NCBI GenBank assembly: GCA_031422435.1
Contig: JANPLU010000024.1
Span: forward strand, 1 to 47,429
Length of the DNA: 47,429 nt
Reading direction: 5' to 3'
Source: Acaryochloridaceae cyanobacterium VAR_48_metabat_390
Lineage (GTDB): Bacteria > Cyanobacteriota > Cyanobacteriia > Thermosynechococcales > Thermosynechococcaceae
A program made the position numbers and the translations under genes. This document shows, piece after piece, positions 30,310-41,549 of the stretch. A model generated the notes under the pieces. The model saw only the letters and a program-made list of their open reading frames with translations, was not told the DNA's origin and did no database searches. Position 1 is the stretch's first letter. Each line of letters opens with the position of its first letter.

Positions 30310-31713
30310 TTACTCATTAGGGGCATCTCCAATGACTACAACATTTTGAATTCGCAGACTAGGCCCTCCACATCCTACGGATAGCCCTACCTGTTCTGCT
30401 TTCCCGCACCCACCAGATTCATCCCAGCCAAAGTCATCGCCAATTGCGTCAATTTGGCTCAGCGTCTTAAACGCATTGCCCGAAAGCGTAACGTCTCTTA
30501 CAGGCTCAGCTAGCTGTCCATTGCGAATCATCCAGGCTTCACCGGCAGAGAACGTAAACATTTCGCCGTTTGTCATGCCGCTGAGCCAATTTCGGGCATA
30601 AATACCTTCTTTGATGCCGTTAAATAAATCTTGAACTGGCGTATTGCCCCGCTCAATCCAGGTATTAGTCATGCGCACGATGGGGGGATAGTGGTAGTTG
30701 AGGCAGCGCGCATTACCGGTAGGCTGCTCCCCCAAGCGACCGGCCGTTTCACGAGAATGAAGCCGACCCACCAAAATTCCCGATTGAATTAAAGGCGTAA
30801 TGGCTGCAGGGATACCTTCGTCGTCATAGTCATAGCTACCCCTGTGACCCGCAAGCGCCGCGCCGTCATAGATATTAAGTGAGGGAGATCCAAAAGGTTT
30901 ACCCAGCGTCATGATCTCCATGAGTTCAGGGTTTTCATAGGTCATATCAGCCTCAGAAAGATGACCAAACGCCTCATGGACAAACAAACCCGTTAATACG
31001 GGATCAATTACGACAGGGTAAGTCCCCCCCTTGACCGTAGGCAAGTCTAAGGCGTTGACGGCTCTCGTTGCCGCCTGCTGCACCTGAAGCTCTAACCCTT
31101 CTAAATCTTCAAACCCTTTTCGAGACCCAGTAGTTTCTCGTCCGGTCTGGACACATTGGAACTGTCTAGCAGTTGCCGCAAACCGCATTTCCATGTCTAC
31201 CCAGGTCTGCTCAATGGCAGTGTTTTCTGAGGTTACATACAAAACATTTTGGAGACTATCTAGGTACCGTACCGATACCGTCACGATATCGGGTGAGGTT
31301 TCCCGCAGAACAGTTGCATAGTGAGTGCAGAGGTCTTTTTTACGAGAGAGTAAAATATCTCGCGGGTTGGTACCTGCAAGCTGAAGTGGAATAGCCTTTT
31401 GAACTGGGGCAACCTCTACCAGCATGGTGGTTGAAGTACCAATCCACTTTGCAGCAGCGATCGCCTCTTCAATTCGCTCTGGCAGTGAATCAATGCCGTT
31501 AAAACTTGTAAATCCCCATCCCCCTCGGTGGCAGGCACGTACCTGACCACCAAGGGCAAATTCTTCACTCAGGGTTTCAACCTTTATCCCCCGAAGTAAA
31601 ATCGTTGCGGCCTCAGACTGCTCTAGCCGAATGGCTAAAAAATCAACCTGATCTCGATAGCGATTCACTAAATCTATGGCGTAACTTTTGTAGGCTTCAA
31701 AAAACGGCTGCAT
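30310..31713 (-). CDS. tldD: TldD/PmbA family metalloprotease (TldD-like catalytic subunit)
   Basis: HEAFGHLSEAD (HExxGH), YDDEG, PIVRMTNT, GGCGK, GGPSLR. Confidence 0.88.
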   Translation of the reverse strand: MQPFFEAYKSYAIDLVNRYRDQVDFLAIRLEQSEAATILLRGIKVETLSEEFALGGQVRACHRGGWGFTSFNGIDSLPERIEEAIAAAKWIGTSTTMLVEVAPVQKAIPLQLAGTNPRDILLSRKKDLCTHYATVLRETSPDIVTVSVRYLDSLQNVLYVTSENTAIEQTWVDMEMRFAATARQFQCVQTGRETTGSRKGFEDLEGLELQVQQAATRAVNALDLPTVKGGTYPVVIDPVLTGLFVHEAFGHLSEADMTYENPELMEIMTLGKPFGSPSLNIYDGAALAGHRGSYDYDDEGIPAAITPLIQSGILVGRLHSRETAGRLGEQPTGNARCLNYHYPPIVRMTNTWIERGNTPVQDLFNGIKEGIYARNWLSGMTNGEMFTFSAGEAWMIRNGQLAEPVRDVTLSGNAFKTLSQIDAIGDDFGWDESGGCGKAEQVGLSVGCGGPSLRIQNVVVIGDAPNE

Positions 31714-31839
31714 TCGAGTTTGTCGGTAAACAGGATCATCCCTTCTCTACCCATACTCTAGTCGTGATTGACACCCATTAATGTACGCCAATTCCTAACA
31801 CAGACAAAACAAACAGTGCAAGGCGCCATCAGAAATGCG

Positions 31840-32394
31840 CTACTGAACCCCAGCAGGCTTTTCATAACTAGGTGCATGAGCCTGAAGCAGAGAACTCATT
31901 TGAGAGAGAACATCTGGAGATTGTGCAGCAGGCGGTTGAATCGCCTGACGCTCTGGGAAGAAGTCGGGCTGATTGCGGTTGCGAGAAATTGCAGATTCCA
32001 CCTGTTGAGCAATCAAATCCTTCAGCTCAGATTGAGCGCGCTTACGCTGATAGTTAGCACCTTCTTCTGTCGTTGCATAGAGCGGCGGTAGGCGATTGAG
32101 CGCATAGGCTGCAATATCACCCAGGTCAAGGGTGACGTTGCTTCGGCTCTCAATGTCTGAAACTCTTGTGATGGACTCTGTAAGCACCAGTTCTTCCATT
32201 ACATTAATAAACTGCTTGCGGGGGACAGCTACGACCTGACCCGTCAACAAAGCCCCCATTAACTTATCTAATGCCTGATACTCACTCACCGATAGATCGG
32301 CGGCGTTATCGCAGATGCGACCCACTTCAGCTTCCATAGTGGGGGTGAGATACCCATTTCCTAGGGCTAATTCAACGATTTCTTGAATGGTCAT
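31840..32394 (-). CDS. ComFB-domain protein (CdgR-like cyclic dinucleotide receptor)
   Basis: INVMEELV and DIAAYALNRLPPLYATT ComFB motifs, plus the cyanobacterial N-terminal ALxxGYLTPxMEAEVGRICD segment. Confidence 0.85.
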   Translation of the reverse strand: MTIQEIVELALGNGYLTPTMEAEVGRICDNAADLSVSEYQALDKLMGALLTGQVVAVPRKQFINVMEELVLTESITRVSDIESRSNVTLDLGDIAAYALNRLPPLYATTEEGANYQRKRAQSELKDLIAQQVESAISRNRNQPDFFPERQAIQPPAAQSPDVLSQMSSLLQAHAPSYEKPAGVQ

Positions 32395-32567
32395 GTTGCC
32401 GATCCCCTGCTGTCTCCAGACTGACTTGGTCTTATTTTGCCCAATTTAAAAGAAAAAACGAAATATCCTTCGGATGAATCTGTATCTAAAGCAGACTCTG
32501 TAAAAAATTCGTTTTAGATAGCCTGCCTAGCGTGTTATGCAGGCATGAATTCACACAACTCCTAAAA

Positions 32568-32594
32568 GACGTAGTTTTAGATTAAAACTACGTC
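32568..32594. repeat. Perfect 12-bp inverted repeat in the comFB/antiporter divergent spacer
   Basis: GACGTAGTTTTA-GAT-TAAAACTACGTC. Confidence 0.85.
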
Positions 32595-32755
32595 GTCTCT
32601 AAACAATCAATAAGTCGGGTTTAGTGTAAACGAGTAGGCGTTCTTTGGTATTAATCCCCATACATCGCCAAATCTTTCAGCCTGCATTCTAAAAACTAAG
32701 TAAAGTGGTAAAAAGCATCACCATTTATTGTCGAAGCCACGACTAGGAATGCCTT

Positions 32756-35074
32756 GTGCAGGAAGACTTTCGACTGATTTTAGATTTAGTGACGGTTTTG
32801 GGCGCGGCAGCAGGCGGTGGCTTGCTAGCGGCGCTGCTGCGGCAGCCCGTTCTGCTGGGGTACTTGATTGGGGGTGCCACTGTTGGGCCTTCCGGTTTAG
32901 GACTCATTAAAGAAGTGGTGCAGGTAGAAACCTTGGCTCAGTTTGGGGTTGCATTTCTGCTGTTTGCGCTAGGCGTTAAATTTTCAATTAGTGAGCTGCG
33001 CAAGGTGCAGGGCATCAGTTTAGGGGGCGGTAGTCTCCAGATTGCGCTGACGATCGCCATTACGGCCTTAATCTCTACCGCAGTGGGCTGGGTGTCTTCG
33101 GTGCCCCAAGGCATTTTTCTAGGGGCTGTGCTGTCGCTGTCTTCAACTGCCGTGGTGCTGAAGTGCCTGGCAGAAAGCAATGAAACGGAAGCCCCTCATG
33201 CCCAGGTGATGCTGGGCATTTTGGTGGTGCAAGATTTAGCCGTGGGCTTAATGCTGGCAATTTTGCCCACGCTAGATCAGTCCCCAGATCAAATTGGCGT
33301 GGCAGTGGGGTGGGCACTCCTGAAGATTGCCATTATTTCAGGGGGGGCGATCGCCAGTGGCGTTTGGGTGCTGCCGCGTTTACTGCGGTTTTTAGCATGG
33401 ACAGAAAGCCGAGAGCTATTTTTGCTAGGAGTTGTGGCGCTGTGTTTAGGGATTGCGCTACTGACGGAGCATTTTGGCCTTTCCATTGAAATGGGCGCGT
33501 TTTTAGCGGGTTTGATGATTTCGGAGGTAGAGTACGCCGATCAGACCCTAGCCTACGTAGAGCCGCTACGGGACATTTTTGCAACGCTGTTTTTTGCGGC
33601 GATCGGGATGCTGATTGACCCTGTGTTTTTGTGGGAGCATTGGGAGCTGATTTTGGGGCTAGTGGCGATCGTGATTGTGGGCAAGTTTTTGATTGTGACG
33701 CCCATTGTGCGGCTGTTTGGCTATTCCCTCAAAACGGCGCTAATTGCGGGCTTTGGTCTGGCTCAGATTGGGGAATTTTCCTTTGTCTTGGTGAGCAAAG
33801 GGCAAACCTTGGGGTTAATCTCTCAGAAGGTTTATCTGCTGGTGCTAGGCACTACGGCAGTGACGCTCGTGGTCACGCCCTTTGTATTTCAGGCGTTGCC
33901 CAAGGCGTTTGCCTGGGCTGAGCAAATCCCTAGATTTCAGCAGATGCTGCTCTCAACGCCTGTGGAACCAGAGCTAATTGGGGCAGATGTTGCGCTTCAG
34001 AACCACGTCATTGTGTGTGGATATGGACAAATTGGTCGCAGTATTGTGAAGGTGCTACAAAGCTACGATTACCCGCTAGTGGTAATTGAACAGGCAGAAA
34101 GCGTGATTCAGCAGTTGCGAGAAGAGAACATTCCCTATGTTTACGGGGATGCTGCGAGTACGCAAGTTTTAGAGAAGGCTCAGGTTTCTCAGGCCAGGGG
34201 TATGGCGGTGGTGCTGCCGAGCGCCATGAGTACGCGGCTGTGTCTCAAGCGATCGCTAGAATTTTCGCCCGATTTAGACATTGTGACTCGCGCCACCCAA
34301 GACAAAGACTTAGAGTTGCTATATCAGCTTGGCGCAACGGAAGTAGTGCAGCCAGAGTTTGAGGCGAGTCTGGAGTTGTCGTCTCATTTACTCAATCGCC
34401 TGGGTCTAGACAAAGCTGAAATTCAGACACAGCTCCAGGCCATTCGAGAAAGCCGATATACTGATTTTCGCACGGAGCGATCTTCGTTTGCGGTGCAGCG
34501 TGAGGTGCGCAGTGCTGCCCAAGAGCTGAACAATACCTGGTACACCTTGCCCGAAAATTCGCCTTTACTAGGCATGAGCATTGCCGAAACCGACTGTCGG
34601 CGGTTAACAGGCGTGGCGTTTATGGCCATCCGCCGCACGGGTGGCGAAGAACTCGATTACCCTGACCCCATGACAAAGCTGGAGGAAGGCGATCGCCTTT
34701 TACTGGTGGGCCAACCGGAAGAAATTAAGGCATTCAATGACCTGGCAGAAGGCGAAGTGGCAGAACCCATTGCCGATGCCTCTTGTCAGTGGGTGATGGT
34801 ACAGGCCAACAGCCCAATTAAAGGACAACCGTTAGCTAACCTCAATGCCAATCAGCAGTATCGCGTGCAGGTTCAGTCTATTCGCCACAAAGGGGAGTTG
34901 ATGCGCTTTCCCACGGGGGAGATGGTGCTGGTGGAGGGCGATCGCCTTTTACTGTGCGGCGCAGCTACAGATATGCCCGCTATTTCCAGCCTTATTCAAG
35001 GCTCACCACTTCCCCTTGAACTTCCCCGTTTATCAGATAGCGAAGACTGTTTGACCACCGCAGTAGAGAAATAG
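32756..35074 (+). CDS. CPA2/Kef-type cation:proton antiporter with TrkA_N and two TrkA_C (RCK_C) domains
   Basis: LSSTAVV, VVQDL, GAFLAG, QIGEFSFVL; HVIVCGYGQIG Rossmann motif; two EGDRLLL RCK_C ends; GTG start. Confidence 0.92.
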   Translation: MQEDFRLILDLVTVLGAAAGGGLLAALLRQPVLLGYLIGGATVGPSGLGLIKEVVQVETLAQFGVAFLLFALGVKFSISELRKVQGISLGGGSLQIALTIAITALISTAVGWVSSVPQGIFLGAVLSLSSTAVVLKCLAESNETEAPHAQVMLGILVVQDLAVGLMLAILPTLDQSPDQIGVAVGWALLKIAIISGGAIASGVWVLPRLLRFLAWTESRELFLLGVVALCLGIALLTEHFGLSIEMGAFLAGLMISEVEYADQTLAYVEPLRDIFATLFFAAIGMLIDPVFLWEHWELILGLVAIVIVGKFLIVTPIVRLFGYSLKTALIAGFGLAQIGEFSFVLVSKGQTLGLISQKVYLLVLGTTAVTLVVTPFVFQALPKAFAWAEQIPRFQQMLLSTPVEPELIGADVALQNHVIVCGYGQIGRSIVKVLQSYDYPLVVIEQAESVIQQLREENIPYVYGDAASTQVLEKAQVSQARGMAVVLPSAMSTRLCLKRSLEFSPDLDIVTRATQDKDLELLYQLGATEVVQPEFEASLELSSHLLNRLGLDKAEIQTQLQAIRESRYTDFRTERSSFAVQREVRSAAQELNNTWYTLPENSPLLGMSIAETDCRRLTGVAFMAIRRTGGEELDYPDPMTKLEEGDRLLLVGQPEEIKAFNDLAEGEVAEPIADASCQWVMVQANSPIKGQPLANLNANQQYRVQVQSIRHKGELMRFPTGEMVLVEGDRLLLCGAATDMPAISSLIQGSPLPLELPRLSDSEDCLTTAVEK

Positions 35075-35176
35075 CGTTGCTTAACACCGAGTCTGCTTCA
35101 CTATTGTTGCCAGAGACTTCACCCACACTAGATTCGGGCGATTTATGGTCTTGTCCACTGCTGTTGAGCAGCAATT

Positions 35177-35845
35177 TCATGGTGATCGCTCTTCAGAAGC
35201 CGTCCCTTTGCGCTGAAGAATTCCCGTAATGAGCGCGACCCCAAAGGCAATCAGAAGGGCGATTCCTAGCAACCAATAGCTTTGACGTTTTTCTAAAAGG
35301 TTTGCGCCTACAATCACCGCTGGGGTATGGGCGATGGGAATGCTAATGCAGAGCGCTGCAAAAAAACGAGGCCAAGACGTTTTCGTTAACCCGACACCAT
35401 AACTGACAAAATCAAAAAAGCCTGTCATTAAAAAGGCCGTCAACATTGGGAAGTTTTGCTCTAAATGCTGCTGGCTTAAGCGATCTACTCGACTCATAAA
35501 GCGTTGTCCAATCAGCCTTTCGACCAATGACCGACCGTACCGCCGAGACAGATAAAAGCTGAGGCTACAAGATAAGAAATCTGCTAAGACAATGACCAGC
35601 AGCCCCTCCCTTAAGCCTAAAGTTAACCCTGAAGCAAAGGCAAAAGCAGTGCCTGGAATCACCGGAATGACCACGCTAATAAAGCGCAGCCCAAAGAATA
35701 CTAGCGGAGCTGATACGCCGAGAGACTTTACCCTAACGCGCAGAGTTTCAACATCCAACCCATAGGTACGGATTAGCCAGATACCAATAGCTACCACGCC
35801 AGCCAAAGCAATAAACTGAGCGACCTTCCGCGCGGTTTTATCCAT
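35177..35845 (-). CDS. TVP38/TMEM64 (VTT, DedA superfamily) membrane protein
   Basis: VVIPVIPG, SFYLSRRYGR, FDFVSYGVGLT. Confidence 0.88.
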   Translation of the reverse strand: MDKTARKVAQFIALAGVVAIGIWLIRTYGLDVETLRVRVKSLGVSAPLVFFGLRFISVVIPVIPGTAFAFASGLTLGLREGLLVIVLADFLSCSLSFYLSRRYGRSLVERLIGQRFMSRVDRLSQQHLEQNFPMLTAFLMTGFFDFVSYGVGLTKTSWPRFFAALCISIPIAHTPAVIVGANLLEKRQSYWLLGIALLIAFGVALITGILQRKGTASEERSP

Positions 35846-35862
35846 GCTTACTAACCTGTTTT

Positions 35863-37056
<1,194 letters not shown>

Positions 37057-37067
37057 TCAGCAGTTTG

Positions 37068-37646
37068 CTACAAAATGCTTGGAGCTTCAACCGTAGGCCA
37101 CAGCCGATGCAGTCGATTTTGCCAGGCTTCTAGGGTAGCAGCGCGAACTTCAGCGCTGGCATCTAGGTCGCCCATCACGCCTTCTTGATAAAACCGATCT
37201 AGGTTCTGAAGGGTCATTTCTAAGGTCATTTTCTGCTGTTTAGCGGCTTGGATAATGAGGACAACCTGATCGTCGGCAAATTTATCAAAACAGTCGTTAA
37301 GCCCACGCTCTTGGAGATTGGTGAGCTGGGCGATCGCCGCCACAAAGTCTTCTGAAGTCAGCGATGAGAGAGAATGCTGAAAAACCGCCCACAGCGCATC
37401 TTGGTGAACCCCGTAGCGCACCTCACCCGTGTCATCAAAGTTACGCTCTAGCAGCGCCTTCCAAAACGGTTCTGCTTCGGCGGCTGACGTAATCGGAATC
37501 ATCATTCGGAGCCAGGACTGATCTTCAGAAAGTAGCACCAGCAGCCGATGCGTAGGCGTTTCGACCTGCCACAGTCCAGATTCAATGGACTGAATCCCTG
37601 ACTCATACAAAGAGGCAAGCACTGGGTCAATTTCTGCGATTAACAT
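37068..37646 (-). CDS. Conserved hypothetical protein, YbjN/CesT chaperone-like fold
   Basis: RLLVLLSEDQSWLR, LLE.NFD.T.EVRY, LDRFYQEGVMGDL motifs of a cyanobacterial family. Confidence 0.7.
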   Translation of the reverse strand: MLIAEIDPVLASLYESGIQSIESGLWQVETPTHRLLVLLSEDQSWLRMMIPITSAAEAEPFWKALLERNFDDTGEVRYGVHQDALWAVFQHSLSSLTSEDFVAAIAQLTNLQERGLNDCFDKFADDQVVLIIQAAKQQKMTLEMTLQNLDRFYQEGVMGDLDASAEVRAATLEAWQNRLHRLWPTVEAPSIL

Positions 37647-37825
37647 GCAACACTACGCCCCCATAAAAAAGCGATTTATTTCAGCCCCCTGCTGATTTTA
37701 GAGCGTTTCGCTCGGTTTTTGTGGATGGGATGCCTTATTCCCAGGATTAACACTGAGATATCGCTAAAATGGTGATAACCGTTTCAGGCATTCATTTACG
37801 CTGGTTCAAAATCAGACACTGAACC

Positions 37826-38647
37826 ATGCAATTTTCACCCACGCGACAGTATTTCTGCCAACTCCTTCATCCAGAAGCAGCCTTTAGCATCGCTGAGGCA
37901 TCTCTGTACATTGCTTTAGAAGAGTATCCTGATTTAGAAATTCCGGTTTATCTTAAGCGGCTGGACACAATGGCAGAAGACGTGTCTCAACGGCTGCCTA
38001 CCGAGCCTTATCCCCTTAAGATTCTTCAGGCCATTAACCAATACCTTTTTGAAGATCTTGGGTTTCGGGGCAACGCACAAGACTATTACGACCCTCGTAA
38101 CAGCTTCTTAAATGAGGTGTTAGATCGGCGGATGGGCATTCCCATTACCCTTTCTTTGGTTTACCTTGAGATTGCTAATCGCATTGGGTTTCCGATGGTG
38201 GGCGTTAATTTTCCAGGACATTTTTTGATTCGACCAGAGCAAGAAGGCATGGATCTATGGGTAGATCCATTTGATCAGGGCGAAATTTTATTTCCCGAAG
38301 ACTGCAAAAACCGCCTTGAAACCATCTATCAGCAGACCGTTGTGCTACGCCCTGAGTTTTTTAAGGTTATCTCACCCCAACAGTTTTTAGTGCGAATGCT
38401 GAACAACCTCAAGCACATCTACCTCAATCAAGGGAATTTACAAAAATGCCTAGCAGCCTCGGAGCGTATCTTGCTGATTGACTCTAAGGCTGACCTAGAG
38501 CGGCGCGATCGCGGGGTGTTGTACTATCAGTTAGGACGCTGGATTGAGGCTCGCCAAGACCTAGAAGACTATCTCAGGCAGCGCCCTCATGCTCAAGATC
38601 GACCCTTAATGCTTCAATTATTGGATCGCATTACTCAAAACCTATAG
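37826..38647 (+). CDS. SirB1 family protein (transglutaminase-like core plus TPR)
   Basis: YYDPRNSFLNEVLDRRMGIPITLS, NFPGHFL, RMLNNLK, ERRDRG. Confidence 0.92.
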   Translation: MQFSPTRQYFCQLLHPEAAFSIAEASLYIALEEYPDLEIPVYLKRLDTMAEDVSQRLPTEPYPLKILQAINQYLFEDLGFRGNAQDYYDPRNSFLNEVLDRRMGIPITLSLVYLEIANRIGFPMVGVNFPGHFLIRPEQEGMDLWVDPFDQGEILFPEDCKNRLETIYQQTVVLRPEFFKVISPQQFLVRMLNNLKHIYLNQGNLQKCLAASERILLIDSKADLERRDRGVLYYQLGRWIEARQDLEDYLRQRPHAQDRPLMLQLLDRITQNL

Positions 38648-38732
38648 CTCAGATTAAAACTGAGGAGGATAATAATCCTGACCTCAGCTTGACGAAATCT
38701 GCGGCTTCAAAACTCTTTGCAAGACCACAATA

Positions 38733-39068
38733 ATGGCAACGACCTACGAAATTCCAGTCAACGAAATCTCAAGCGGCTTCCATGCCCTATCCGATCCAAT
38801 CCGAGTCAAGGTTTTGGAGCTACTTCAGCAGCAAGAACTCTGCGTGGGCGGACTCTGCGAAGTACTAGAAACCAATCAATCTAAGCTGTCTTTTCACCTC
38901 AAGGTGCTCAAAGAGGCCGAACTGGTCAATGCACGCCACGAAGGTCGCTGGATTTACTACAGCCTCAATATTGTGCAGTTTGTGCGTTTAGAGAAATATC
39001 TCTCAAACTATCGGCGCTTTAGTGAAATTTGCCCGACCGTGGTGTACCAAACGGCAAGCCACACCTAA
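38733..39068 (+). CDS. ArsR/SmtB family transcriptional regulator
   Basis: FHALSDPIR, ELCV, QSKLSFHLKVLKEA, GRWIYYSLN. Confidence 0.92.
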   Translation: MATTYEIPVNEISSGFHALSDPIRVKVLELLQQQELCVGGLCEVLETNQSKLSFHLKVLKEAELVNARHEGRWIYYSLNIVQFVRLEKYLSNYRRFSEICPTVVYQTASHT

Positions 39069-39174
39069 TCTATCCCTTAGATGAATTAATTAGTGCGCTG
39101 AGACAAAATTTACGGAATGGAATCTGGCGATTAAAATGACTGAGCTACTTTTGCCAAAGTGGGATGCTCTTAAT

Positions 39175-40323
39175 TTACTGAGCTGGTAAAAGCTGACGCA
39201 GTGCATCTAAAAGCTGGTCAACAGGTTCTTTGCGGCTGTTAAAGCCCATCAGCCCCACTCGCCAAACTTTACCCGCCAGCTCACCCAAACCACCGCCAAT
39301 CTCAATATTAAATTCATCTAAAAGCCTCCGAGATAGTAACTTACCATCCACACCATCAGGAATGCATACCGTAGTAAGCGTGGGCAGCCGGAATTCTCGA
39401 GCCACATGAAGATTCAGCCCCAAGTCTTCTAGCCCAGCCCAGAGATACTCTACATTTTGCTGATGTCGTTTCCAGCTATTTTCGATGCCTTCTTCCGCCA
39501 GCAGCCGTAAGGCTTCGCGCAGCGCATAGTACAGATTAACAGGGGCAGTATGGTGATAGACGCGCTCGCTTCCCCAGTATTTGCCCAGCAGATTCATGTC
39601 GAGGTACCAGTTCGCCACCTTGCCTTTACGCTGCTGGAGTTTTTGGATCGCGCGATCGCCTATCGTAAACGGCGAGGCTCCTGGCGAACAGCCCAGCCCT
39701 TTCTGACTACAGCTATAGGCAAGGTCAACTCCCCATTCGTCTAAAAAGATTGGCGCACCCCCCAAGCTAGTGACGGTATCTAAAAGCAATAGACAGTCAA
39801 ATTCTCGACACAGATCGCCTACGCCAGTCATGGGTTGGCAGGCTCCTGTAGACGTTTCGGCGTGAACCAATGCCAAAATACGAGGGCGATGGGCTTCCAT
39901 TGCGGCACGCAGTTCTGCCAGGGCAAAGACCTGTCCCCAAGGCTTTATAATCGTTTGGACATCGGCACCGTAGCGACCCGCCATATCCACTAAACGGTTG
40001 CCGAAGTAGCCTGCAACGCCAATTAATACTTTATCCCCTGGCTCAATAGAGTTGGCAATTGTGGCCTCCATTGCTGCTGTGCCCGTACCGCTGACGGCAA
40101 TGGTTAGCGAGTTTTGAGTTTGCCAAACGTAGCGCAGTAACACCTGAATTTCATCCATCAGCCCTAGAAAAGCAGGGTCAAGGTGCCCAATCGGTGATCT
40201 ACTCATGGCCTGAAGAACAGCGGGGTTTGCATTCGAGGGACCAGGGCCGAGCAGCAAGCGCTCAGGCAAAGACAAAGGCGCAAGGTTAGTAAATTGAGGG
40301 GGCATAATGGACAGAGTTTGCAT
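39175..40323 (-). CDS. Alanine-glyoxylate/serine-pyruvate aminotransferase (PLP class V)
   Basis: LLLGPGPSN, SGTGTAAME, VHAETSTG, SCSQKGL (PLP Lys), YHHTAP; start placed at ATG 40323. Confidence 0.92.
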   Translation of the reverse strand: MQTLSIMPPQFTNLAPLSLPERLLLGPGPSNANPAVLQAMSRSPIGHLDPAFLGLMDEIQVLLRYVWQTQNSLTIAVSGTGTAAMEATIANSIEPGDKVLIGVAGYFGNRLVDMAGRYGADVQTIIKPWGQVFALAELRAAMEAHRPRILALVHAETSTGACQPMTGVGDLCREFDCLLLLDTVTSLGGAPIFLDEWGVDLAYSCSQKGLGCSPGASPFTIGDRAIQKLQQRKGKVANWYLDMNLLGKYWGSERVYHHTAPVNLYYALREALRLLAEEGIENSWKRHQQNVEYLWAGLEDLGLNLHVAREFRLPTLTTVCIPDGVDGKLLSRRLLDEFNIEIGGGLGELAGKVWRVGLMGFNSRKEPVDQLLDALRQLLPAQ

Positions 40324-40528
40324 CGTGGGCACCGCAGGAAAACCATTAGGAGATACTTTTGAGTTTATCGGGTTGGGGACACCTGCGGACTTTTGGTGTG
40401 GACTCTTAGTACGCCGTTGGGTGATCATTTTTCGCCCATAACGACCTGTGATTTGGACAAGCAGCGCAGCGAAGCCCATAGTAGGCTTTACGTTATGTCA
40501 GGAGTGACTACGTTTGTCCATCGCTAGG

Positions 40529-40577
40529 ATATAGAAAAGCCGATGTCGACGTAGCGCCAACATCGGCTTTTCTATAT
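40529..40577 (-). terminator. Terminator of the atp operon
   Basis: ATATAGAAAAGCCGATGT / ACATCGGCTTTTCTATAT 18-bp arms; the inner stem closes with G-U pairs only on the minus strand. Confidence 0.9.
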
Positions 40578-40588
40578 TTTACAGGAAG

Positions 40589-41539
40589 CTACTTCAGCGC
40601 TTCAGCACCACCCACCACTTCAAGCAGCTCTTGAGTAATCGCGGCCTGACGTGCCTTGTTATAAGACAGCGTTAAAGCCGAAATCAAAGAGCTGGCATTG
40701 TCGCTGGCGTTATTCATTGCCGTCATCCGCGCTGCGAGTTCGCTCGCCGCAGATTCTTGCAGAGAGCGCAAGAGCTGGTTATTGAGATAAAGCGGCAGCA
40801 GGGCATCCAGAATATCCACCGGATTTTGCTCAAAAATCATATCTTGAGGCAAGTCCTGGAGTTTCTCCGTCGAAGCCTTCTCACGCTCAACCTTAAACTG
40901 TCCACCCCGCGTGGTGAGACGAAAAATTTCGTCGTCTGGGGTTTCTAATCCTTGAGGATCCAAGGGCAGCAGCGTTTGGATCACAGGACGAGAATTCACC
41001 AGCGAAACAAAGCGCGTGTAAATTAGCTCAACCCGATCCACGGTTTCTGACAGAAACAAAGATAGTAGCTCATCGGCAACGCCAGCCGCCTCAGGTGCTG
41101 TCGGCACCTGCTCTAAGCCAATATAGGTTTTAGAAATCGGCTGTTCCCGACGTTGGAAATACTGCGTTGCTTTACGTCCCACCAAGATGAGGGTGTACTC
41201 AATTCCCTCTTTCTTGAGATCGTTGATGCGCTCTTCGGCTCGACGGATGATGCTGGCGTTATAGCCGCCGCATAAACCGCGATCGCCCGTAACTACCAAC
41301 AGACCAACTTTTTTGACCTGACGCTGCTTAAGGAGCGGCAGATCCGCTTCCTCAAACTTAAGACGCGCCTGAAGGCCATACAGAACCTGGGCTAAGCGAT
41401 CTGCAAAAGGTCGCGTTGCCGTAACCTGCTCCTGAGCGCGACGGACTTTAGCCGCCGCCACCAGCCGCATGGCCTCTGTGATTTTTTTGGTATTTTTTAC
41501 AGACTTAATGCGATCGCGGATGAATTTTAGATTTGCCAT
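40589..41539 (-). CDS. atpG: ATP synthase F1 gamma subunit (cyanobacterial atpC)
   Basis: [36 protein letters not shown]. Confidence 0.98.
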   Translation of the reverse strand: MANLKFIRDRIKSVKNTKKITEAMRLVAAAKVRRAQEQVTATRPFADRLAQVLYGLQARLKFEEADLPLLKQRQVKKVGLLVVTGDRGLCGGYNASIIRRAEERINDLKKEGIEYTLILVGRKATQYFQRREQPISKTYIGLEQVPTAPEAAGVADELLSLFLSETVDRVELIYTRFVSLVNSRPVIQTLLPLDPQGLETPDDEIFRLTTRGGQFKVEREKASTEKLQDLPQDMIFEQNPVDILDALLPLYLNNQLLRSLQESAASELAARMTAMNNASDNASSLISALTLSYNKARQAAITQELLEVVGGAEALK

Positions 41540-41549
41540 CGTAGATCCC

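Noticed and set aside
40324..40479. 52-aa N-terminal extension of the aminotransferase; likewise the longer starts for psaA, frmA, nrtD and atpI
   Set aside because: Longest-ORF artefacts; family homology and, where present, RBS or promoter positions support the downstream starts.
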